64,000 nt of DNA, taken from positions 6,716 through 70,715 of IMG/VR virus record IMGVR_UViG_3300009709_000299. One strand, written 5' to 3'. The notes under the pieces were generated by a model, which was given only the letters and a program-made list of their open reading frames with translations, did not search any database and was not told where the DNA came from. Shown one piece after another: positions 38,204 to 47,251 of this stretch; the stretch's first letter is position 1, and each line of letters begins with the position of its first letter. The position numbers and the translations under genes were made by a program. The stretch comes from a virus (lineage: Duplodnaviria; Caudoviricetes).

Positions 38204-38623
38204 ATGGCTTCAATAATTCAAGCAAGTGATGATGTAAATGATTCAGAAGCAATTGCGGATTACATGTTATTCTTATTAGATGATAAAAGAGTAAAAGTAC
38301 CTAAATTATCAATTGTTGAATTATTAACATCTAAATCTAGATCAGGATTAAGTGCAGAAATAATAGCAGCAGCTATTGTGGCAAGATTTCCTGAAATAGG
38401 AATACCAACAGGTCCACTAGAAGAAAATACTCCTAATGTCATGGAAAACTTGATTAAAATTATTTGTGAAGAATTTGTAGATGCTATACAAAATGATATG
38501 AGAATAGATGTGGCAGTTGATCAAGGAATTGTTTTACAAGCTACTGGAGCAAATTCTGGTGGACCTGTAACAGCAATAGGTGCATCTATTGCTCCTCATA
38601 CTGGAATTGGAGTTGCAAGATAA
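38204..38623 (+). CDS. Hypothetical protein, probably baseplate-associated
   Basis: 139 aa; Gly/Ala-rich C-terminus (GANSGGPVTAIG). Confidence 0.55.
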   Translation: MASIIQASDDVNDSEAIADYMLFLLDDKRVKVPKLSIVELLTSKSRSGLSAEIIAAAIVARFPEIGIPTGPLEENTPNVMENLIKIICEEFVDAIQNDMRIDVAVDQGIVLQATGANSGGPVTAIGASIAPHTGIGVAR

Positions 38624-38626
38624 AAT

Positions 38627-38848
38627 ATGGATGCAAAAGAAAAATTAATTAAAGTTCAAAAAATTGTAGATGAACATACTTTATTAAGTAGTGAAATAGA
38701 ATTCTTATTGAAAGAAGGCGAAAATATAATAGATAAATTACAAGAATCAGAACGAATTTTTGCAATTACAGAAACAATAAATTCTATTATGAAAGAGATG
38801 GAGTTATTAGAATTAGAATATGAAGAATTAATTACTTCCAATAAATAA
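38627..38848 (+). CDS. Small coiled-coil hypothetical protein
   Basis: 73 aa; stop overlaps the next start (TAATG). Confidence 0.6.
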   Translation: MDAKEKLIKVQKIVDEHTLLSSEIEFLLKEGENIIDKLQESERIFAITETINSIMKEMELLELEYEELITSNK

Positions 38849-39813
38849 TGGCTGGTATTTTTAATAAAATGGTAGATGATAGACTTGGTAAAACAGGTCA
38901 AGAATTTAGTAGTACTAAAGTAGGTAATACAATGAAAATTATTTATCCTGCTAAAGTTATTTCTACACAAGATCCATTTGATAAAAATAGAATTATAGTA
39001 GAAATAATAAGTATTTCTAATGATGGAAAAGAAGAGCCAGGAGAAGATCGTATGATTCCAAAAGATAAATTACCATTTTGTATTCCAATGTTATCTACAT
39101 ATTTACATGTTAGAGCTTTTGAAGGTGAGATGGTTTGGATAATGTGTGAAAATCCAAAAGATTTAACTTCTATAAGATATTGGATGGGACCAATTATAAG
39201 TTCTAAATCAAATTTAAAAGGTGAATCATATTTAAGTTCTAATTCTATTTTTGAAAAAACGGAATTCAATTTATCTTCAAAAGCAAAAGATAAAACAGGA
39301 TTTTTAAGTGTAATGCCTGCACAAGGCGATATAGCTTTACAAGGTAGAGATGATGCTGATGTTATTTTAAAACCTAGAGAAGTATATATTACTGCAGGTA
39401 AATTTAAAACGGGCAATAATAATTTTGAAATTAATAATATTACTCCATTATATATTCAACTTAAACAATATGATGGAGTTTCAAAAAATCCATATTCACA
39501 AACTAACATTTCTGCTACTAATATAAATGTTTTTTCTAATTTAGGTAAATTTCGTGATCCTGAACAAGGTAAAAAATATGAAACAGCTAATACTGATTTA
39601 TCATATTTAGGAGAGTTAGCAAACTCTTTACATCCAGCAGTTTTTGGTGATGAATTAATTAAATTACTTGATTTAATGATAAAAATAATATTAAATCATG
39701 TTCATACACCACAAAAAGCATTAGTTCCTAATTCTTTATCATCTCAGTTATCTGAATATACTATTGATGGTAATTTACAAACAATTATTTCAAAGTTTTT
39801 TAGAATAAATTAA
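38848..39813 (+). CDS. Baseplate central spike (gp5/gpV-like, N-terminal OB fold, HxH apex)
   Basis: IYPAKVISTQDPFDKNRI...LPFCIPML OB-fold pattern; C-terminal PAVFGDELIKLL...NHVH. Confidence 0.75.
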   Translation: MAGIFNKMVDDRLGKTGQEFSSTKVGNTMKIIYPAKVISTQDPFDKNRIIVEIISISNDGKEEPGEDRMIPKDKLPFCIPMLSTYLHVRAFEGEMVWIMCENPKDLTSIRYWMGPIISSKSNLKGESYLSSNSIFEKTEFNLSSKAKDKTGFLSVMPAQGDIALQGRDDADVILKPREVYITAGKFKTGNNNFEINNITPLYIQLKQYDGVSKNPYSQTNISATNINVFSNLGKFRDPEQGKKYETANTDLSYLGELANSLHPAVFGDELIKLLDLMIKIILNHVHTPQKALVPNSLSSQLSEYTIDGNLQTIISKFFRIN

Positions 39814-39819
39814 AACATT

Positions 39820-40266
39820 ATGAAAATAATCAGAAAAATAATTCGTGAAGAAATTGACAAAAATCTAAAAATAGAAGTTTTTTTAGGTGGTACAGCTAAT
39901 AATAGTCAATGGCGTGATGATTTAATAGAAAAATTGAAAATACATTATTTTAATCCAATTGTAAATGATTGGAATGAAGAGGTACAAAAAAATGAAATAA
40001 AAAAACGTAAGACTTGTGATTATATTTTATATGTTATTACTCCAAAAATGTCAGGAGTTTATTCAATAGCAGAAGTTGTGGATGATTCAAATAAAAGACC
40101 AGAAAAAACTCTATTTTGTATTTTAGAAAAAGATGAAGATAATAAATTTGATAAACATCAAATAAAATCATTAAATATGGTAAAATCTATGGTAAAAGAA
40201 AATGGTGTAAAAATTTTTGAAAATTTAAATCAAATTGCTAATTATTTAAATAAACAAAAGAAATAA
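39820..40266 (+). CDS. Nucleoside 2-deoxyribosyltransferase-like protein
   Basis: VFLGGT...WR...YFNP...DW...E...CDYILY...GVYSIAE pattern of the NDT-like family. Confidence 0.75.
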   Translation: MKIIRKIIREEIDKNLKIEVFLGGTANNSQWRDDLIEKLKIHYFNPIVNDWNEEVQKNEIKKRKTCDYILYVITPKMSGVYSIAEVVDDSNKRPEKTLFCILEKDEDNKFDKHQIKSLNMVKSMVKENGVKIFENLNQIANYLNKQKK

Positions 40267-40325
40267 TGTTCATTATATTAAACAAAATATATATATTTTG
40301 TTTAATATAATGAACATTATTTCTT
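40258..40325. repeat. Perfect 68-bp palindrome between convergent genes (probable bidirectional terminator/cruciform)
   Basis: AAGAAATAATGTTCATTATATTAAACAAAATATA followed directly by its reverse complement; checked base by base. Confidence 0.9.
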
Positions 40326-41739
40326 AATCTAAGAATGGTTTTATAATTTTAAAATATATACTTTCTGTTAAAACTCGTTTAGAACCTAATTCATTTATTC
40401 TAAATTCTATTCTATAATTTTGATTTTGCAATAACCAAGATGCATCAATATCAAAAAATAATTCTTGACAATTATGAAGTATGGCATAATTTACACTTGT
40501 CCATGGAATAATTGTTTCTTGACTATTCATAACTAATCTATATTCTAATATATAATTTGGTGCTGGTTGTTTTTGAGAATAATTAGAACGTAATATAACA
40601 AATACTCTATAAATATCATCATTAGTTATTATCTGGTCATTTTCTATACCATAAGTATTTATTGTATAATTATTTACTGATGGAACATTTGATGTATAGT
40701 AATTGTCTGTAATTACAAAACTTTTAACATAATCTTGCACATCAACACCTGGATCAAAAGTTATACCACTCCAAACATCAAAATATTTTTGACCCTTAGT
40801 AGCAGATGATAATAACACATCAATATAATAAGCTCCTGTAGAAAATTGAATAGGTGTTAATCCTGTAATAATTGGAATACCAGCTGCATTTTTTATAAAA
40901 ACGGTTGAAGCAGAGTAAAAATTTACATTAGTATTACCACTAAATGTATATAAAAATAATCTACTTTTTCTATTGTTAGATACTTGATTTCTATCATCTT
41001 TAATTACTTGATTATAATTAACTTCAATATATGGTTTAAAAGCAGAGTTTGTATGTTGTGTTAAAAAAGATGAAATATATCTATTATTTCCACTTATTGT
41101 TTCATATGGATTTGTATAAGATATACCAATTCCATAATTAGTAACACCAGAATATAACCACTCATTTACAATATTACTAATATCAATATCTATATCTTCT
41201 GAACCTAAATCAAAATGTTGAGTAGGTAAATTATAAGTAACAGCTGTTGTTGGGTCTGTATATATACCTGGATTAGTCCAAGCACTCATGCTTGTTGCAT
41301 AATTCCAATTAGAAAAGCCTGTTAATGTTGGAGTTCCAAAAGATTTAGATATATATTGTTGTTCAATTAAATCATATCCTAAACCTTGATCCCAATATTG
41401 ATTAATGGGAAATACTTGTAAATCAAATGAAGAGGCAATATTATTTGATAATCTTGAGAAAATATTATTTTCTAATAAAGCATCTTGTGGTATTATATTT
41501 TTTACTTTTAATTTGTAATTTATTATATTTTCAGGCATTATAATACCATTATTTATTCTTTGTTGCAACTCTGTTAAATCAAAAAATAATAGTCCTCTAC
41601 TAATAGAATTTTGTATTGCTGATATTTCTCCACCACCATAAAAAAAATTAAAAGATGCATTTTGTCCTGCATTATTATTAGCATATAATCCAGATGCTAT
41701 AGTATTTGATTTTGTTGAATATATTCTATATACTCCCAT
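40324..41739 (-). CDS. Virion structural protein with a DNRLRE-like domain
   Basis: SRGLLFFDLTEL, WDQGLG, NYGIGI, KPYIEVNY pattern; late motif at 41762-41769. Confidence 0.6.
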   Translation of the reverse strand: MGVYRIYSTKSNTIASGLYANNNAGQNASFNFFYGGGEISAIQNSISRGLLFFDLTELQQRINNGIIMPENIINYKLKVKNIIPQDALLENNIFSRLSNNIASSFDLQVFPINQYWDQGLGYDLIEQQYISKSFGTPTLTGFSNWNYATSMSAWTNPGIYTDPTTAVTYNLPTQHFDLGSEDIDIDISNIVNEWLYSGVTNYGIGISYTNPYETISGNNRYISSFLTQHTNSAFKPYIEVNYNQVIKDDRNQVSNNRKSRLFLYTFSGNTNVNFYSASTVFIKNAAGIPIITGLTPIQFSTGAYYIDVLLSSATKGQKYFDVWSGITFDPGVDVQDYVKSFVITDNYYTSNVPSVNNYTINTYGIENDQIITNDDIYRVFVILRSNYSQKQPAPNYILEYRLVMNSQETIIPWTSVNYAILHNCQELFFDIDASWLLQNQNYRIEFRINELGSKRVLTESIYFKIIKPFLD

Positions 41740-41845
41740 AACATTTATTAATGATTTTTTAATAAATAGAATATAAAATATTTAAATTAAATTCTAATTT
41801 TATTATTTTTTTAAAGAAATATTTATTATAATAAATATATTTAAT

Positions 41846-42229
41846 ATGTCTATAAGTTTAAAATTTCCTATACAAAGAACGATTAAAGGCGGAGTGATGA
41901 ACTCTACTGAAACAAGCGCCCAAGCTATAAGAACTAATTTAATTTTCTTATTAACAACCAAGCCAGGTAATCGTGTTATGCGAGAAGAATGCGTTTCTCC
42001 AATATATAATTTTATAATGGAACCATTTGATGAAATTACTGAAAATGAACTTAAAGATGCAATTAAAGAAAAAATATATGATTATATACCCCAAATAACA
42101 ATTTTATCAGTATCTCTTAAACACTCTAATGATGATGATAATCTTGCTATTGTTACAATAATTTATTCTATAAATGCTCTTGGGGTTGAAGATAATGTGA
42201 AATTAATAATACCTACACAAGAACCATAA
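41846..42229 (+). CDS. Baseplate wedge protein, gp25/GPW family
   Basis: AIRTNLIFLLTTKPGNRVM...YNFIMEP...IKEKIYDYIPQITI. Confidence 0.88.
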   Translation: MSISLKFPIQRTIKGGVMNSTETSAQAIRTNLIFLLTTKPGNRVMREECVSPIYNFIMEPFDEITENELKDAIKEKIYDYIPQITILSVSLKHSNDDDNLAIVTIIYSINALGVEDNVKLIIPTQEP

Positions 42230-44085
42230 TGGATACAAAAAAAAAAGTACAAGTAAATTATTTAAGTAAAGATTTTGCAAGCATTAGAAATGATTTAGAA
42301 ATCTATTTAAAAGCCTATTATCCAGAAGTTTGGAAAGATTTTAATGTGACTTCACCTGGAATGGCTTTAGTAGATATAGCAGCTTATGTTGGTGATTTAT
42401 TATCATTTGTTGCTGATAAAAAATATAATGAAAATTATTTAGAAGGTGTATCTGAACGTAAATCAGTGTATAGATTAGCAAAAACATTAGGTTTAAAACC
42501 ACCTGGTTTTAGACCTGCAATTACATTGGTAGATATATCTATTGAAGTACCCACTACTGCTGATGGACCAGATCCTAATTATTTGCCACTTTTTAGACCT
42601 GGTGCTAAAGTAAAAGGTGGAGGTCAAACTTTTGAAACAGAATTTGAAATTGACTTTTCTTCTGATTTTTCTTCAGAAGGTGTTGCTAATAGATTAATTG
42701 AACCATTATTTAATGCCAATCAAGATTTAATAAGATATAGAATAACAAAAAGAGAAAAAATTAAAGCTGGAACAACAAAAATATTTTCACAAGAAATTTC
42801 AGAATCTGATTCTAAACCTTTTTATTCATTAGTTTTACCAGAAAAAAATATATTAGATATAGTTAGTGTTATAGTTATAGGACAACTTGGAATTACTGAA
42901 ACACCAACTTATCAACAATTTAATGATCCATCTTTAAAATACTATGAAGTTGAATATTTAGCACAAAATAAAATATTTATAGAGGACCCTAATTCATCTC
43001 CAAATAATGGAGTAAGTGCAGGAATATTTTTAGAAGTAGAGAAAAGATTTACTAAAGATTATCTTTCTGATGGAAGTTGTAAACTACAATTTGGTAATGG
43101 AACACCTGATTATAATGCATATGAAAATTATTTAAGAGAAGCATCATTTATTACAAACAATAAGACTATTGATACATCTAAATTATTAGATAATACTGCA
43201 TTAGGTGTTAAAATACCATCTAATTCAACATTATTTGTAAAATATAAAGTTGGTGGAGGGTTGCTTAGTAATGTTGGAACAGGTGTATTAACAGAGGTTG
43301 GTGACATAGATGCTATTATTTTAGGTACAAATCCTTCTATAAACCAACAAGTAATATCTTCAACAAGAGCTAATAATCCAATAGCAGCAGTTGGTGGAGC
43401 AAGTTTACCATCAGTGAATGAAATTAAATTTCAAGCAGCTTCTAACTTTGCTACTCAAAATAGAGCAGTAACACTTAAAGATTATATTGCAAAATCTTAT
43501 CAAATTCCTAGTAAATTTGGTGCGCCTTTTAGAATACAAGGTATTGTACAAGATAATAAAGTAATTTTATATATTATTGCACGAGATGGAAATGGTAATT
43601 TAGTTGTTAGTACTGATACTGTTTTAAAAAATAATTTAATTTTATATATGTCTCAATTTAGAATGATAAATGATTTTATTGAGATCAATGATGGCAAAAT
43701 AATAAATCTACAAATAGAAGTTGATTTATACATTGATAAAACATTTAATATAAATGAAATTAAATTGAATTCTATTTCTCAAATAAGAGATTTTTTTGAT
43801 GTAGAATCTTGGGAGATGAACGAAAATATATATATATCACAAATTGTTGATATTTTAAGAGAAATTCCAGGTGTAATAAATGTATCTGATATACGATTCT
43901 ATAATATGGAAGGTGGTAATTATTCTTCTACAAGAACAACACAAGCTAATCAAATTCGTGAATCTTTAGTTGGAGGAGGATTTAGAACACAAATAACACC
44001 TATAAATAATACAATATTTGGAACATCTTTATCAATGTTTGAAATAAAATATCCAAATATGGACATAAGAATTAGAACAAATTAA
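42229..44085 (+). CDS. Baseplate wedge protein (T4 gp6 / baseplate J-like)
   Basis: YLSKDFASIR, DFNVTSPGMALVDIAAYVGD, YKVGGG..SNVG, TQNRAVTLKDY. Confidence 0.9.
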   Translation: MDTKKKVQVNYLSKDFASIRNDLEIYLKAYYPEVWKDFNVTSPGMALVDIAAYVGDLLSFVADKKYNENYLEGVSERKSVYRLAKTLGLKPPGFRPAITLVDISIEVPTTADGPDPNYLPLFRPGAKVKGGGQTFETEFEIDFSSDFSSEGVANRLIEPLFNANQDLIRYRITKREKIKAGTTKIFSQEISESDSKPFYSLVLPEKNILDIVSVIVIGQLGITETPTYQQFNDPSLKYYEVEYLAQNKIFIEDPNSSPNNGVSAGIFLEVEKRFTKDYLSDGSCKLQFGNGTPDYNAYENYLREASFITNNKTIDTSKLLDNTALGVKIPSNSTLFVKYKVGGGLLSNVGTGVLTEVGDIDAIILGTNPSINQQVISSTRANNPIAAVGGASLPSVNEIKFQAASNFATQNRAVTLKDYIAKSYQIPSKFGAPFRIQGIVQDNKVILYIIARDGNGNLVVSTDTVLKNNLILYMSQFRMINDFIEINDGKIINLQIEVDLYIDKTFNINEIKLNSISQIRDFFDVESWEMNENIYISQIVDILREIPGVINVSDIRFYNMEGGNYSSTRTTQANQIRESLVGGGFRTQITPINNTIFGTSLSMFEIKYPNMDIRIRTN

Positions 44086-44089
44086 AATT

Positions 44090-44305
44090 ATGGAATATAA
44101 AATAGAATCTACTCATATAAATTTAATAATTTATTATGTTAATACTTTAACATTAAGAGTGAATTTTACAACTGGTTCAGTTTATGATTATTATCCATTT
44201 TATGAAAATCAACTGCAAGAATTTATAGCATCAAAAAGTAAAGGAACTTGGTTTAATGTTAATATTAAAAAAAATAAATCAATTAGATTTAAAAAAATTA
44301 AATAA
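44090..44305 (+). CDS. KTSC domain protein
   Basis: ESTHI..IIY....TLRVNFTTGSVYDY......FIASKSKGTWFN.NIK matches the KTSC pattern. Confidence 0.8.
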   Translation: MEYKIESTHINLIIYYVNTLTLRVNFTTGSVYDYYPFYENQLQEFIASKSKGTWFNVNIKKNKSIRFKKIK

Positions 44306-47247
44306 TGGAAGAAATTTTAATAAATTCTAACTTTACTACAGGTACTACTATGTACTTGTTTAATACTGTTTTAAATAATCAAAATCTTATTCTTGAAGCT
44401 ACTCCATCATATTTATTATTTGATGATAATAATCAACCTAATGGTCTTTATTATTTTGATAATAAAATAATTTTTTCTAGAACACCTGAAAATAATTTTA
44501 TTGTACTATCATCTGCTACAAACAATTATATTACAGGATATACTAATGTTATTTCTTTTAATAATGTGTTATTAAATTCAGAAAAACTGAGATATGAAAA
44601 AAGATTTAAAAAAAGTGCATTAGAAGAAACTTCTGGTAGTTCTAGAACTTTTGTATTTTTTGAAGATAAGTTGAATGAAGATTTATATTTAAATGTTGGA
44701 TTACATTCTACTTATGATTTTTTAAATACATTAAGTATTTATAATAATTTAGTTGGTTCCATGCCAAAACAAGAAGCACAAACAGGTGTTGTTTTTGGAA
44801 AATTAGAAGCTATTCAAAAAATTATAGATCCTGATACTGGAGTTAATATTAAAATACCATTAAGAAATGTTCCTATTGGAATATTTAATTCTTCAGAAGA
44901 TTTTCAATCACCAACATCAGTTGATGAAAATGGTAATAGAATTATGTTAAACTTAGAGCCTATTATTAAAAAACAAAACTATTCTTTTACAGAATATTTC
45001 AATCAACAATCAATGGATTTTGATGAAAAATTTTTAGAAGATTCTTCATCATACACTTCAATACCAGATCAATATAAATATATAACTAAAACAAATGAAA
45101 ATGGTGAATTTATTTTATATGATGTTCCTATTGGAACACAAGTAGCGATATTTGAAGTAGATTTATTAAAACAAGGACTTACAAAAGAAGAAGTTGGTTT
45201 AAATTTTTTTCCTTATCCAACATTTGAAAGTCCTAATATAGATCAAGTTCCACACTTTTTTTTTAGACAATTTCCTATTGATGTTGTACCTGCTTGGGGT
45301 GATATCCAAACAGGATATACTGAATTAAATATTTCTGTTAACTTAGATTTAAGAAAATGGTCGACTTATTTTATTCCTCCAATATCATTTAGTAATAAAA
45401 ATATTACACAACTTCAAACAGAAGATCAATTAGATACATCATTAAAAATATTTGTAAGAGATATGACAAAATCAAATTTTAGTTTTGATATTTCTAATTT
45501 ATCTAATGATATACCTATTGATAATACTGAAATAGTGGAAATTGCTAATTTATTAAATAGAGATACTAGTCAAGAATATGAGTGGAGGAATGAATTTACA
45601 CAACAAAAAATAACAGCAGAATTTAGAACAGATGATTATAATGCTTTTAAAGTTCCTGCTAATATTTATTCTAAAAATTATATTAATAGTGAAAATATAA
45701 ATAAACCTTCACCATTTAATGTTTTAGGTACTTGGTTTTGTGCATATCAGTTTAAAATGCAATATTTAGATAATGGAGTTTTTAGAACAACTGGATTTGA
45801 ATTACAATATTTACCAAATAATCAAGGATACACAACTAAAGATCATTATCATGTTAATAAATTTAATGGAGGATATGATTCTAATTTAACAAATAAACAA
45901 ACAACAGGTTCTGGAATTTCCTTAAAAAAGGAACCTTATCTTAAACCTTGGTCAGCAACTTATCCAGAACCAATTAAAATACCAAAAATACCAAAGAGTT
46001 TAAATCCTAATTTTCGTACAATTGATGATCCACGTTATACAGATGGAGATTTGGTTGGAATGAAATACGCTTCTGCACAAGCAGGTGGATTGGGGCTACA
46101 AGAGAATAATAATGGAGGAAAATTTGCTAATAAATTTAGTAAAAGAGTTAATGCTTCATATTTATATAAATATGAAGCAGAGGTAAGTTGGCATGAAAAA
46201 TATGCAAATGAATATCCTGTAATTTTAAAAAGATTACAAGGAGATTATACTACAGAAGTAGAAAATGGTGAAAGATATCAAAGAGTAGAAGCTGGGTTTG
46301 GATATTTTTTAAAACCATTTGGATGGCCAAAAGTTGATTATAACAATTCCTATGATCAAATAAATAAAAACATGTTATCAATAGGGGTTAAACAAGTTTC
46401 TATAGATTCAACATTTAATATTAGATTAAATGTTGATGGAACTGCACCTTATAAAGAAGGTGGTATAGATATTTATAGAATTGTTGATCCACTAGATTTA
46501 TTGCCTCCAGAGCCACCAATTGTACCAACTTTTGCTAATTTTATAACTAAAAATATTTATAGAAAAAGAGATTCTAATAAAGATTTAAGTATGGTAAGAC
46601 CAACTGGCAATAATAAAGGAACTAGAGATAGCGTATGTTATCCAATTGGTCATGAAGGTAATAATAATTATTATTTTAGAAATTTTAATTTTAAAATATT
46701 TAATAGAGGTTTAATAAAAGTTATAATTCAAGGAGTAGATGTATTACCTGGAAACGCCTATGATTTTGGAACTATAAATTTTCTTCCAGAAACAATTCAA
46801 TTACCAGGTAATGATGGTTTTGATGTTACTAGTTTTTCTTATAAAAATTGTAATTATTTATTTGAATTTTCACAATATGAAGATGGAACAGGTCCAACTA
46901 CAAATTTTGTTAATGAAACAACTACTGTTCCAACTATTGATTATAACTCTAATTTGTGTTTGGCTACTGAGAAAGGAGTAAATCATTTTATGATTAATGA
47001 ATATAGGGTTTTAACACAAGTAATAAAAATAAAAAAAAATGGAAGTTGTGGAAATAGTTTAGTTGGTGGCAATGCTAAATTTAATGGTGTTATTTTAGGT
47101 GGTGGTGGAAACCTTGGGAAATTACCATCAAGTCTTCCATATTCAATTTTTGTACAAGATGGACAATTGCCAACTACATGTGATAGTTCATTGTTTGTAA
47201 TTGATTTAATTGGTAATGTTAGAAATTTACCATATCAAATAGTATAA
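44305..47247 (+). CDS. Large virion/baseplate protein with a prealbumin-like (carboxypeptidase regulatory) domain
   Basis: 980 aa; GVVFGKL...KTNENGEFILYDVPIG; Asn/Thr/Gly-rich. Confidence 0.6.
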   Translation: MEEILINSNFTTGTTMYLFNTVLNNQNLILEATPSYLLFDDNNQPNGLYYFDNKIIFSRTPENNFIVLSSATNNYITGYTNVISFNNVLLNSEKLRYEKRFKKSALEETSGSSRTFVFFEDKLNEDLYLNVGLHSTYDFLNTLSIYNNLVGSMPKQEAQTGVVFGKLEAIQKIIDPDTGVNIKIPLRNVPIGIFNSSEDFQSPTSVDENGNRIMLNLEPIIKKQNYSFTEYFNQQSMDFDEKFLEDSSSYTSIPDQYKYITKTNENGEFILYDVPIGTQVAIFEVDLLKQGLTKEEVGLNFFPYPTFESPNIDQVPHFFFRQFPIDVVPAWGDIQTGYTELNISVNLDLRKWSTYFIPPISFSNKNITQLQTEDQLDTSLKIFVRDMTKSNFSFDISNLSNDIPIDNTEIVEIANLLNRDTSQEYEWRNEFTQQKITAEFRTDDYNAFKVPANIYSKNYINSENINKPSPFNVLGTWFCAYQFKMQYLDNGVFRTTGFELQYLPNNQGYTTKDHYHVNKFNGGYDSNLTNKQTTGSGISLKKEPYLKPWSATYPEPIKIPKIPKSLNPNFRTIDDPRYTDGDLVGMKYASAQAGGLGLQENNNGGKFANKFSKRVNASYLYKYEAEVSWHEKYANEYPVILKRLQGDYTTEVENGERYQRVEAGFGYFLKPFGWPKVDYNNSYDQINKNMLSIGVKQVSIDSTFNIRLNVDGTAPYKEGGIDIYRIVDPLDLLPPEPPIVPTFANFITKNIYRKRDSNKDLSMVRPTGNNKGTRDSVCYPIGHEGNNNYYFRNFNFKIFNRGLIKVIIQGVDVLPGNAYDFGTINFLPETIQLPGNDGFDVTSFSYKNCNYLFEFSQYEDGTGPTTNFVNETTTVPTIDYNSNLCLATEKGVNHFMINEYRVLTQVIKIKKNGSCGNSLVGGNAKFNGVILGGGGNLGKLPSSLPYSIFVQDGQLPTTCDSSLFVIDLIGNVRNLPYQIV

Positions 47248-47251
47248 TTTT

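Noticed and set aside
4237-44085. Eukaryotic giant virus origin suggested by the sugar-pathway genes
   Set aside because: Capsid, protease, neck and baseplate genes are of the T4-related tailed-phage type, with bacterial-style operons and terminators.
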